Origin: Lepidodermella squamata
Taxonomy: Eukaryota; Animalia; Gastrotricha
Direction of reading: 5' to 3'
DNA: 64,000 nucleotides
Assembly (NCBI GenBank): GCA_047495785.1
Contig: JBLDXI010000020.1
Coordinates: forward strand, 248,001-312,000
Made by a program: the position numbers and the translations under genes. The notes under the pieces were generated by a model, which was given only the letters and a program-made list of their open reading frames with translations, searched no databases and was not told the DNA's origin. This document shows positions 47,473-59,755 of this stretch, piece by piece; position 1 is the stretch's first letter; each line of letters starts with the position of its first letter.

Positions 47473-50400
47473 TTAGAAGCGAGGGCCCAGAGGAGGCGCT
47501 GCATTCCCCGGGTAGCGCGGGGGTCCGCCGCGTCCGCTGAAACCTCGGCCAACGCCTCTCGAAGCATTCCAATCGCCTCGGCCGCCTCGGAAAGACTCGT
47601 TAGGAATAGTACGTGTCATCGGCCGCAAGCCAGCATTGTGGAACCCCTCGTTAGCACCAGGAAAAAACGGAGGCCGTTCAGCGCGAGCGGGTGGGTAGTT
47701 CGCAGCGAACAGGGGCATTTGAGGAGGCTTGCCAGGACCTTCCAGCAAAGGTCGCGGCATAAACATTGGCCGAGGCTGCTGCTGTTGCGGGTGAGGATGA
47801 TTGAATTGCTCGATATGCTGCCGCGAATGCATAGATTTCAGCGTCTCATCCGCCGGCTTGTCATTGTCTTCAGAGTCCCCTGTCTCCCAGCGGGAAGAGC
47901 GCTTATCTCGCCTCTTAAGATCTCGAGCTTGGTCGTCGCTTAGAGAAGGGCGTTTTCGGGCGCTAGGTTCCGAACCCAGGCCGTGGTGCGGCAAATGCGG
48001 CGAAGAACGTGAATTTCCAGAATCTCTACCATCAAGCCGTTTCGCCAAGTTATCGCGATGTTTGCTCTGTTCGTCAGCTTCGCTTCGGCGGTGGTAACTC
48101 GGCTCATTATAGCTATTATCCTCCTCTGGCCTACCGCGATTTCCACCCGATCTCCGACTTCGATAGTCACGAATCAGTGAACGCCAAGGTGACATTTTAT
48201 TTTTCGCAGCTCCAAATAACGGAGGCGGTAGGTTTGACTTAATTCCAGGCTCATGCTTTCCGAAATGCCCGAACGGCTGGAAACTATCGTGACCCATTTG
48301 CATCATAGGTGGCATATTCGGGGTTGGCAAGAGAGCTTTTCGCGGTTGTTCGTGAAATTCAGCAGGTGGCGAGGGTTGATTCCGGTCTACTACTGAATTG
48401 ACAATTGCAACTGCTTTCTGGAAACGTTCAGTCAACTCCGGGTTCTGCCGAACTATGTCCTCATTCGCAGGATTTTGCAATATTCGAGCCAATTCTTGCA
48501 GTAAGGAAGACCGAACAAAAAGTGATAGGCTTTCATCTAGCAGCTGGTTCAAATATTTCCAAATCAAGCGCTCAGGATCATTCCGATCTTCCGGAATGTG
48601 ATTCGGTCCCATCTGCGGGGGTTGGAAAGGCGCTCGGACTGCGGGAGGCGGTCCCAGGGGAGGGTTCATTTGCGGCATCGGCATGGGCGGAGGAGGAAAG
48701 TTCGGCGGCATATTGCTCGGCGGAGGTCCAACTGCATGATTTTGGGACGGAGGAAATGGAGGCAACGAGAGGCCAGGTGGGGGTGGCGGAAAAGGCGGGG
48801 CAGTCATATTACCCTGACCAGGTGGATTCGGCAGCAAACTTTCGTTAGCTTGTTGTTTCGTTGGTTCTGGCATCGGAAATGGAGGCATGTTGGGAGGCAG
48901 GTTCAAGCCGCCATCGCCAAGTGGAAACGGTGGAATGGGTGGAAGCGATAGCATGCCACCGGGCGGTGGCGGGAAAGGCGGTGGTGGCATAAACCCCGGT
49001 GGAGGCGGAAATGGCGGCATAGAAGCTGGCATCTGCGGCAACGGAGGTAAGGCAAGAGCCGATGCCGTGCTTGACACTGCTGTAGCTGTAGCAGCGGACG
49101 TAATAGATTGGGTATAGGATGGCGGGTTGGCGGAATCGTTCTTCGCGACGGGTGCAACAACGGGTACACTGGGCGAAATAGTAACAGTTGGCGTTGTTAC
49201 TGTTGCAGCCGGAGTGCTAGCAGCAGTTGAGACAGGCGCGGGAAAGGGTGCCGAGGCGCCTAAAATTCGGCGAATCAACTCGGAAACCGATGACACTTCT
49301 TCCGGCGTCGACAGAACCTGGGGCGCAATAATTGGATTTTTCGCCGTTTCTATCGCTGGTTTCTTGTCAGCCGCCGGTAGCGTCGCTGGTTTGACGACGT
49401 AAGTCGGCTGTTCAATGGGTTTTGCAGGTTCGGGTGGCACCTCAGGCTCGTCGTCCTAAAATAATTGTAGGTATAAAAAACTGACACCATTATTTAGCGA
49501 AAAATTACCGGAAATGATGAAATCGAAGCCGGATCGTATTCACGGCTGTCATCGTCTTGCTTGCTGTCGTCGCTTTGAACATCAGGCTTAGAAGGCTCGA
49601 TTTGAGGCGTTTTACCCCCACTCGGCGTTTTATTACCTACGTCCAGAGGTATCACGCTTACTGGAGGCGGAGCAGCAGCTGGTGGGGCTGGATTAACGGG
49701 CGCAGCAAGGTAACGCACCAAAATACAAGCCAATTTTGACTCGATCGGCAGCTCTTCGATGAATTTTACGCCGAAAGCCCGTAGCCGCTTCAGCCAATCG
49801 ATATTGGTATACGTGAGATAAATGTCTTTGAGAGCACCCGCGACTGGAGCAGGGTTGACGCGAACAACAGAAAACCTCGTTTTTTCTTTCAGATTCAACA
49901 AGGTCGCTCGATAATTGGCAAGAGAATCTTGAGTTCTGATCGGGTCCAACAAAACCACAACAATTTCCTGGAATTTTCGGATTTAAATAAATGCTCAGTC
50001 AAAATAATTTGTTCTTACTTTGTTCAGAGAACGCCGAATTTTGTCCAAATAATCCCAAACAGCAGCTGCGGCCAGTTTTCCAACAACTTCCAAGGTATCG
50101 GGGAAATGCTATAAAATAATTCCATTATCAATTTTCGCACCAAATGTCTAGAAAATTACGTTGAGATGAACCAAGTTTGTCACGGAAATTAGCCGACCAT
50201 TCAAAGCTGAACTAGGCGCTAAAACGTCAGGCTTCAAGTAACCAGACCATTCCACGTCCAGTTGCGGTCTTTGCGGGCTACCCGGCGACGCGAATGTTCC
50301 TGGCGAGCCCGGCGAATGAGATGCCGATGGTTTCCAGACTTGTGGCACGGCTGTTGGTTGCGGTTTCGTCGCGTAGCTGTTCGACCCCGACGACGAACTT

Positions 50401-52822
50401 TGCGGAATCGAAGCGCGAAGAGACGGTACTGTTATTTGAATAGGGGCGGCTTCAGCGGTGGTATTCGCGGTTAGAGTTTCATTCGCTAAAGCTGCATATG
50501 AAAACGGGGTCGGTTTTGCAGAAGCGGGAGCAGCAGCTGGAGGCGGCGGTGGCGGTTGAGGGGCCACACGATCTTTCCCTGTACATAATTTGCAATTTAC
50601 ATCGAACAGATGCGATCGGTGGTTCGCAGTCGTGTCGATTTTGAAAGATTCATCGAGGGTAGATAGATCATGGTGAGTCAAGGTAGGTTGGCTGTTAGAC
50701 GGCTGATTCGATGCATGGGCCGGCTGGTGGGGCTTAGGAGCAGGTCTGACTTCGGACGAAGACTGCTGCGGGGATTCCGCGACAATCAGCATCTCCAACG
50801 ACTGCAATCACCAATCGGGTTGAATAGGTTGGATGAAACAAAAACTCACAAACCTTTTTGCGTTGCTGTTCTCGCCATTGAATCAGCTCCTCCGAGGCAA
50901 GCTTCTCCGCCGGAATCGTGGCAAGTTGGTCAGGAGTCAGTTCGCCCAACAAAATTCGCCGAAATAGACCTTTGTTCTTCTGATCTTTCACGTTCATTAT
51001 TAGGCATCGAAACCTTTGTTTATATTTATCTGACTGAGCTCCGCCCAGGTGCTTGAACATTGCCTCCTCTATCCGAAGTGATGTACGATTTATCTCAGCA
51101 GTGCTGAACATGGCATCTTCAGCTCCTGAAATTATCAGTTTTTAACGGTACAAGTGAATGAAAATAAATTTCCAACCTTCAACTCGAGATTTCAAAGCAT
51201 CACGCAATTCTTGTCTCACTGTAATTCTAAATGCGTTTATGACACCCGGGGATGAAGCGGCAGATGCCACGGCTGAACTCGAGTGTGAATGAGTTTGGTT
51301 CGATGTAGCCAACATGCTGGGCGTAGCTTGAGGGGTTACGATTCTGAATGTTGGGTGCTTCGAGATGAATTTTTCTATGGTTTTCTCGTTCACTAGTTTA
51401 TGATCGTTGATCAGCCGGCCATTTTTGCCATCAATGACTGAAACTCGAAGCTGGAATAAACATTTGAGTAAAAATGAACGTAGACTTTTTGATGAGTGAA
51501 TAGTATTGTTTTACCTCCGAGACTTCATCTGGAGACTTTCCTTGAAGGCGAGATTGAGCAAATCGAAGAACTTCAACCGATTGTTGACAATGGATCCTGA
51601 TGCACTCTGGCGAGCAATAAATGCTGCCATACATGGGCCTATTATCGCATCCTTTGACAAAGCACCGATCGGAATGTTCCTAAGAAAAATGCTCTCAATC
51701 GAAGTTTTTGCTAATATATAAACGCCCTTACTTTTGTCCGTTTAACTGGCAGTTGAGGCGAGGCCTCCGCCTTCACTTTCGCTTTTTCACGTGGCTTTTT
51801 TATTTCAACAACCTCGGTGGGTTGAGGAACCTCTGCGACTTCGGGGACTTCAGGGGCAGGCTCAATTTCCTCCTCTTTTTCAACATCGCTGTGCTCCATT
51901 GCCTCCCCCAGATTCGAGAATAGGCTCTTTATGTCTTTAATTTGAGAAATTTCCTCCTTAGCTTGCGCAACAGCTGCAGATTTCGTGGACGAGCTTTCGC
52001 TATCATTTGTCTCTGATATCTGATAATGCAGATTTATTAAGTATCGAAGCTTAATAATCCCATAAAAATTTACCTGGTCTGCCAGCTCTGGTTTCGCAAT
52101 TACTTGCTTTTTTATAGCAGCGAGTGAAATAGATTCATCATCATCATCATCCTCTTCAACCTCCTCGACTCCCTCCTCAACGACCTCTTCAGCTTTGCCT
52201 CCTACAGACACACCTGATCATAAATATTTTTGAAAAAAACATGGCTTGGTAATGGATCGATTCGGTACCTTTACATGCGTCGCAAACGTAATCTTCGTTT
52301 CTCTTTTCCATTTGCTTCCCTTGTCTGAGTGATATTCCAACGCAATCACCGTGGAACCAATCATTACACTTGTCACACTCGATCATAAATCTTTGAAATT
52401 AATTTTTGCTTTAATGATTGTTTTATTCATGGTCATGATTTTATTCCTACCTGTTATCGAATGGCTTGCGGCAAATGCAGTATAGAGTTTTATCATCGCT
52501 TGAGGGACTCCCTGTAAAGTGTTGAACAATAGTTGGAAATGGGATGATTCATGATTTATTATTGGGTACCAAGTTTGTTTTTCATGTTGATTGATCTTGC
52601 TGATCTCCGCGTCTGCGGCGGAGTCGCAGGGGCAGCGGGCGCGGTTTTCTTTCGCAGTCTGGTTAAAGCCACGCCATCCTCGTCTGTATCGATTTCAGCT
52701 TCAGCATCGGATGATTCCTGCTGTTTCAACTCCGATCGAGGCAGGCAATCCGGCTCAACGTCACCCGATAATTCGAAATCGTACACATTTTCAGCCTTTT
52801 TAGGCTTTTTAACTTTAGGCAT
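47473..52822 (-). CDS. DIDO1: PHF3/DIDO1 (PPS-like) protein: PHD finger, TFIIS-central domain, SPOC domain, Pro-rich tail
   Basis: LYCICRKPFDNR|FMIECDKCNDWFHGDCVG...YVCDAC (PHD); YCSPECIRIH; IEEAMF...KYKQRFRCLIMNVKDQKNKGLFRRILLGEL (TFIIS-M); HRSHLFDVNCKLCTG; SPOC-like WSG...RFSVV...LKDIYL; long PPP-rich last exon. About 10 short introns. Single invertebrate PHF3/DIDO1 ortholog. Confidence 0.92.
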
Positions 52823-55800
52823 TTCAAATATAAATCTATATAAATGAACATGAAGCGAATACAATCAAATTTGAATTAAGGGAAATCGATAATTTAAAGT
52901 TTATGAAGTAGAAACGAAGTGACATTCGGATACTACTAGTTAATGAGTGACTTCGTCGGCTATGAATTTGCTTTTAGGTTTCGCCTCTCGGGCCTTTTGT
53001 TTTGTCAAGATTGGATCTGGCTCAATCTTTATTAATAGAAGTACCTAATATTTCTTCAATGCGACCGCTGGACAGTGAGAAGTCTAGTTTCGCGCACTTG
53101 CACCTACTTATTTTCAGCAAACTGAAAAGCGAGTCTCGGGGTCAATCAATACCAAATTGGTTTGTATCTACTGATATCCTTTCCACATGCAGTTAGAGTC
53201 GCAATTCCGAAATTTGCATTCCCAATACCTAGGTAGGTCTCACGTCTCCAGTTCAAGATATCTATTTCTTTAAATGCATGAGGCTTCATGCGAAAAATTT
53301 GCCCAATAAAACTTAAACAGGAAATGGCAAGCGTTGATCTTATTCCCAGCGTCAGAACCGAGACTTTTTCGCCGAACCTTTATCCGCATTTTATATCAGC
53401 AACCAAATAGTGCAACCCTAGTAGGTAGCTCTCCTACTTTTTCAGTGAAAAATATCTGTTTAAACTCTTGATTCTTATATCTTGTGTAGCAATGCCTAAC
53501 TAATTTAGGATTGCCAGCTTAATTCGCGTTTTCGATCAATTTCGCCGAAATTTCAAGTTCTGGCAGCCGATATTTCGCCCATCACTGTAGGTTGGTTGTC
53601 GTCGCCATCTTTTGGCCATGATAAGGCCAATATTAAACTCATTTCTGAATAAGTAGGTACCATACAGCACTTATTAACAACACTTGTTAGCTTATTTGTG
53701 TCAAGAAGGCACAAAAAATGCTTGCCTACAAATCTTCCGCCATTCTTGCATCTGTCTTTTGGAAGGTCGATCATGAACTGTTTACGCTCATAATAATATT
53801 GATAATAATAATCCTGGCATGGGAATAATATTGAAAGATGAAAGCTGATGTATAATGGCCCTGCCGAGCGAGAGACAAAACCTCCTGAACTGCTTTTAAC
53901 TCACAAGTCCAACTTGCTTGGCGGTGATCTAATAAGAGACCGAGAAAAAGGCAGGTGATAAATTATATGTTTTTCTCGGGCTTGAAGCAGGCAAGAGTAC
54001 TGTTACTTGGGTATATTACAGAGGAAGTTGATGAGTACTTCCAGTTATGATTGGATTAGCAATATTGCTGTCATATTGTTTCAGCGAGAAAATTTCCTAC
54101 CGCCGGCCCTTGTAAGGATGGTAAAATCATTTCATTTTGCAGACAGATTCAGAGATGACCCATGTCAATATCCGGGAAATTATTAAAATTAAATCGCTTC
54201 AAATGATATTCCGGAAATCCCCTTAAATAACGACTTCTGAAGAGCGTTAAATAATTGAGTTGTTAAATAATCCAGCACAGTTGAACTACGAGACTAAATG
54301 AATGTCTCGGACTCTATCGGCCACAAAAGTCCTCGAAAGAAAACCAAGTACCTATAAAAATGGGGATGGTCTCCCACCCGAATTATCAAATAAAAATTTC
54401 AGCCAAGTATGACGCCCCGGCTAAAAACTCTTATTTAGGGCGATATGCACTATTAAAAGTTTATGAAGAGTGTTCTTTGTATTTATTGGTGGGTTTGCTA
54501 AACAATTATTATTGGTGCACGTGAACATGCGTGCGGCCTATTTAAACGTAAAGAGTTGCGAACTGCTGTCCTAACGGACAATGGGAGCCTAGGATTGAAG
54601 TCTTATCAGGACGTAGTAGATAGGGATACCAGGATTTCAATAGCTCAAGTCGAGGAGATGTCGAACGTTAGACAGGTTTAGGCCTAGATTAAGCATAGCT
54701 TGGTGAGGGGAATACCCAACCAACTAGAAAGTTTGGTGGATCTCGAAAGTTTACACTCAAAAAGCCCGCAGTCACCCAGCTCGACGTTCAGAGCATGCAC
54801 TCATTTGTTATGAACATGTAATGTGATTCACTTCATGGCATCTGGAGACTCGGCGCGGCTGGTCAACCATTCCCCGAACCTTAACTGCTATGTCCTGGGT
54901 AAAATCCCTGTCTCAACGTGAAAAAACACGTGATGTAAAACGTAAAATAAAACTCGTGGTACAATTGGCAGGGTCTCATTCATCCATCATTCCATCCATC
55001 CATTTTAGGCATCTTTTCATAGGCATCGATCGGGTTAACTCATTTAAGAGCTTCACCTCGACTGAACGCCTGAAGTGACGTTGCACTTCCATGTCATGGT
55101 AGTTAGGCAACTGTACTATTTGATTGTGTGTTCAGTGACGTTGTTTCATTCGTATTCCTCTAAAAATCTTGACAACTATCACGCAAATTTTTATTCTCTG
55201 TAATTTTATTTTCCGTTCAGGCTAAGACTGAGGTATGGTAGAGCGTACCATTGGTTGTGCAACTATTGAGCTTCGATGTTTTTGCAGACAATTCATATCT
55301 TAGGTACCTATTCCTAAATTGAAGTTAATAAGAGATCAATAATTATCCGCGTGGCTGTCAGAGACAATAAAAAGCCACCCAAGGAACCTCCAAAAACTCA
55401 AAATATAGTTTGGTACCTAATTTCTCACCCGACACAGATTCTTATGTAATATCTTCACTCAATATTATGGGGCGATTTTAGCGAATAGGTCCGACTTGAA
55501 CTTGAATCGTCAATACTCCGACACAAGGCGAGCAAAATGTCGCTCGAACGCCCTCAAAGCTAAGAGACACGTGATGCATAAATTTACACAGCCGCAGCTC
55601 CTCTACGAAAGCAACTCGGCTGGCTCGACTTGAACGGCAAACGTGATGTAGGTACGTTTGGCAACTTTATTGTCCCAGTGTGTTACAGATGAAGCACCCG
55701 ATGCCATCGTAGGTACAACGGCAGAAACCTGCAAATACGAAACTAAGGCCTGAGCCACCGCGAATGACTGCAGACAGCTAGTCTTCAAACAATTGCTTGT

Positions 55801-58800
55801 TTGTTTACAATTTGTTCATCAATTATTATCAAATTGTTTTAATTTGTTTCGACTTCAAGAACGGAACAAACAAATTCTACAAGCTTTTAGATACTTGAAC
55901 CTAATTTTAGGACGAGTTCTCAAATATGGGATCAATCCTCATTAAATGAATAACCAACGTGTAGCCCGATTTTTTTTTATTTCCATGTCGGAATAATGCT
56001 AACCAACTGCTAAGTGCAGGCGGCGAACGATGGCTTGCTCCTGAGCTAACTCAAGCCTAAAACAAAGTAATGCGATTCTCGAGTTTATGAACAATTCAGA
56101 CATTGCCCTATGACGCCCAGGTGCGCCCATGTATCTCAAGCATAGTGTGGAAACGCAGGAAAAGACCATGTGCAGTTTGAACGATGAACATCAGTGCTGC
56201 TTATTTGCCGGCTCGAATGTCAGCCGTATTTGCCCGCAAGGAAAGCAATAGAATCTCGCACATCGGTATCACAATGCACAATCGGAAATTCGCGTGTTCG
56301 GATTTTCTTGCGTGAACTGCTGACTTCTGATGCTTTTCATTCTATGGGGTTTCAAAATCGAAAATAAATATAGCTGGTCAACCGAACTGGGGCCCTACTA
56401 GCTTTTTCGTAAGTGGAAGTACTCATCAAACGCATTACTACGCTTCAAGTACCTATCGACTAATTATTCCCGAATCAATGATTGGAAACATCGTCTGACC
56501 GAATAATTCTGATCGTTGCGGAGTGATCTACATGCGAAGGGCAAACAAGTTAGTGCAGAGGTCCTATGTCATGATTGATACAATGCAAAACTGTGGAAGC
56601 ACCAATAGTCAAAGTCCGCATTGTAGATCGGAATTCTAACTTTGCATTTGAGCGCTGAGAATTTTCCAGATATGGCAAAACAAGCCAAGTAACGCACTGT
56701 AAATGAATTTTATCATGTATGTATGACCAAAAAAGTAAAAGATATAGGATATAGGCCTGAAAATGTCATAGCATGATAATTTGAGTGTTTCACTTTTTTT
56801 CTACGATCAAAATGCAAGGATTTTTTTGAAAGCTCAAAATATCACACGTTGTTAACATTAACAAATTACATAGGTTAGTAACCGCGAATACCAATTTACT
56901 TGGATATTCAAATTTCTTATTTCATGAACTGTAAACAATAAATGAATCCAGCGGAGAAATTAACGATTGCATTCGTCGTCACCATATCGAATTTTCGCTC
57001 AAAGATTGTGAACACTCCCATAGAAGTAATCCAAACGGCGAGAAGGAATGCCAACTATTGAGACGAGACTTCAGATTGCTCCGTTGGAATGAAATAAGTC
57101 ATTTCATATACCGTTTGCCATAAAATAAAATGGCAGGTGTACGGTTATTCTCGAAGTTCATTGTCAGTTTTCAATTTGTAACCTTGAGATTGGTAACAAC
57201 AGCAATGTCACAACGATACCATCTAACGGTACTTGTCAACTGTTTGTTGTAACGCACAGGCCGCCGAAATACATCGATGTTGGGACTGTGTCATTGTGCT
57301 AATTTGGCCGCACGATTTTGATTATTTAACCATTGTGAGTATGATGGCAATCACATACCTGGAGATGTTCTGGTAATTACAAGGTATTTGCCGCTGTTCA
57401 AATTCGATTTAGCAGGCACAATGAGTTACGGAAACAACATACCGCGGTCTATCGTGCGGTATATTGTGTGGTCTAGAGGAAAACTCGTTTGAAAGAGCAA
57501 TCACTGCAAGTTTCTATCATCTATCCAAATAGTACAGGGACAAACTAAGGACGAAGTTCGAGAAGTCCTTGAGCTATTCTAGTCGCATTTTTCTCCAATT
57601 TGAAAGTAATTTTTCGGCACCCGGCGGATCCGAAGACCATGGCATCATGGAATATCAACAAAGCACGGCATACTGAAGGAACAAAGCAAACTAATTCCAA
57701 CTATTAAGAACAATTAAAGATCGATCGCTAATGCAAGATGTCGCTTTCGACCGGCGCCGAATCGAGAACTACTGACAACAACTTCCGGATTTGTGATATT
57801 AGTTTTGTTTTAAATGATAAAAACCGAATATTTTCGTAAAAGTATAACCTTACATGATGTCCTTCAATACGGCTTCGTCATCGAAAAATACGTGTCGATG
57901 TAACGGCTTGCGAATCCTTGAATTCAGTAATGAGCGCCGCCGCGAACAGGATTTTCATGATCTTAGTCAGCAAATTAACTGCTGACACTTGACACTCAAT
58001 AAGGGTTTGGAGAAGATACCGATATCAATACCTACACAAATTGGGCGTGATTTCTTTCAATTCAGTCAGTTTATATTGGGCAAAGTCTACATTCATCATG
58101 GATTAAGAGCGATGAAAAAACAGCAAACATCATGAAGGTGAAGACATGCTAGCACCTTCAAATGAGTAAAATAGAGAAGTTCTATCCGCACTTATTCCAG
58201 AAAAAATTTCTGCGGACTATTCAAAATAATTTGGTTTAGGTTTTAATCAGGCGTTTATGCACCTTAAATTAACCTATATAAATTTATTTCTTCATAATAA
58301 AATTTACCTCAATCTTAGGTATCTATGCAGAATTGATTGACAAGAGACGTGTTCAGCTGCGCAACATTCGGAAGCAGAGGTGCCTATTCATCCCCAGGAC
58401 AGATTGAGGCTACCCAAAGTCGCTGCTGATTCGAAATTACGGATCATGAGACTTACGGTGTATTCTTTCGGGGCGGCATTAAATGCTGATCACAACCTAG
58501 GTAAACGATAAGTGATGACAATACTCTCGTGGTCAGGTTGTTGCCTGCCGATTTCTGCGCCGCAGCTTTCCGTAAACGATCGCGTTTATTAAAGCAATTA
58601 GAAAGAAAATTGGTATAACATATTCACTTATACAGGTAAATAGTAAATAGTAACCGGACAATTCGGAGCTCGTGTACAGTCATTAGACATGGGCGAATGC
58701 AATCATGTAGGGCTATCAAAGGCGATGAGCGATGCGGAGGACTGCAACACTTCGCTAACCCCAAGATAAAATAGACCATTCTGCTTACGATACGTGCAAT

Positions 58801-59755
58801 TTATGGCCGTGTTATTCTTTATGACAAGCATGTTCTCCGCACTTTCCACCTGAACAATAGGCAAATACAGAGCAACAGTGTATCACAAATCTGTCTATCG
58901 GTCAGAACAAATCGGCTTCTTCCAGTCAATAATCATCTCGTGGTAAACGTGGTACAATGTGGTAATGTCACAGACCGCAATGAAATAAACGTAGCTGATC
59001 ATCATATCAAAACTCTCGCCAGCACTGAGCACTTAGGAAAACTGAAAGCAGGGGACGCGCTAAAAACTGGTGATCACGTGACAAAGATCAAATAATTGGA
59101 AAAAGTCGTTAAACTAAATCAAAATTAATGTTTGCAAAAGAAATTAAAAACAGACTTGAAAACTGGTTTTGACCGCGAAATATTTTCGAATTTGATATAG
59201 GTATATGGTGCGCCAGCATTTTTTAGGTTGCAAGAAACGCTACAAGAAACATGAAACCGCCGAGCTCTGGGGTGTCAAGCACGAGTTAGCTGAAGATAGC
59301 TGATCGAGCTGAGTGGGCAGTTAGAAAATCTGACGGTTTCCGCGCAAAATTGAAAGCTGCTATGTAGTTTTTCAAAATTGAAGTTTCTTGCATGTGGCCA
59401 GCTGTCGATTCGTTTTTAGAAAGCTTAGATACTATATTTGAAGACTGTCATATCTTTTCTCCCGTTTTCGGGTCGCAACTGAGCTCACAGGGCTTTTAAA
59501 TCAACGAGTTCAATAGACGGAATTTTCTGTTGTGTCTGCTGGTGGAATGCTACTTTCATTTGCTTCATATTCTTGTTGAAAATTCGAAATTAGATTTTCT
59601 TGCTTGCCTGAAAAAAAATCCACCATGAGCCATGAAAGGGATAAGCTGCTGACTGATCATCGCTCTTCTCTACATCTTATATTTTATGCCCTCGCTTATT
59701 ATCAGTTTCTATGTTTCATTTCCCTCTTGAAGTTTGTCTAGTTTTTTTTATCGAC

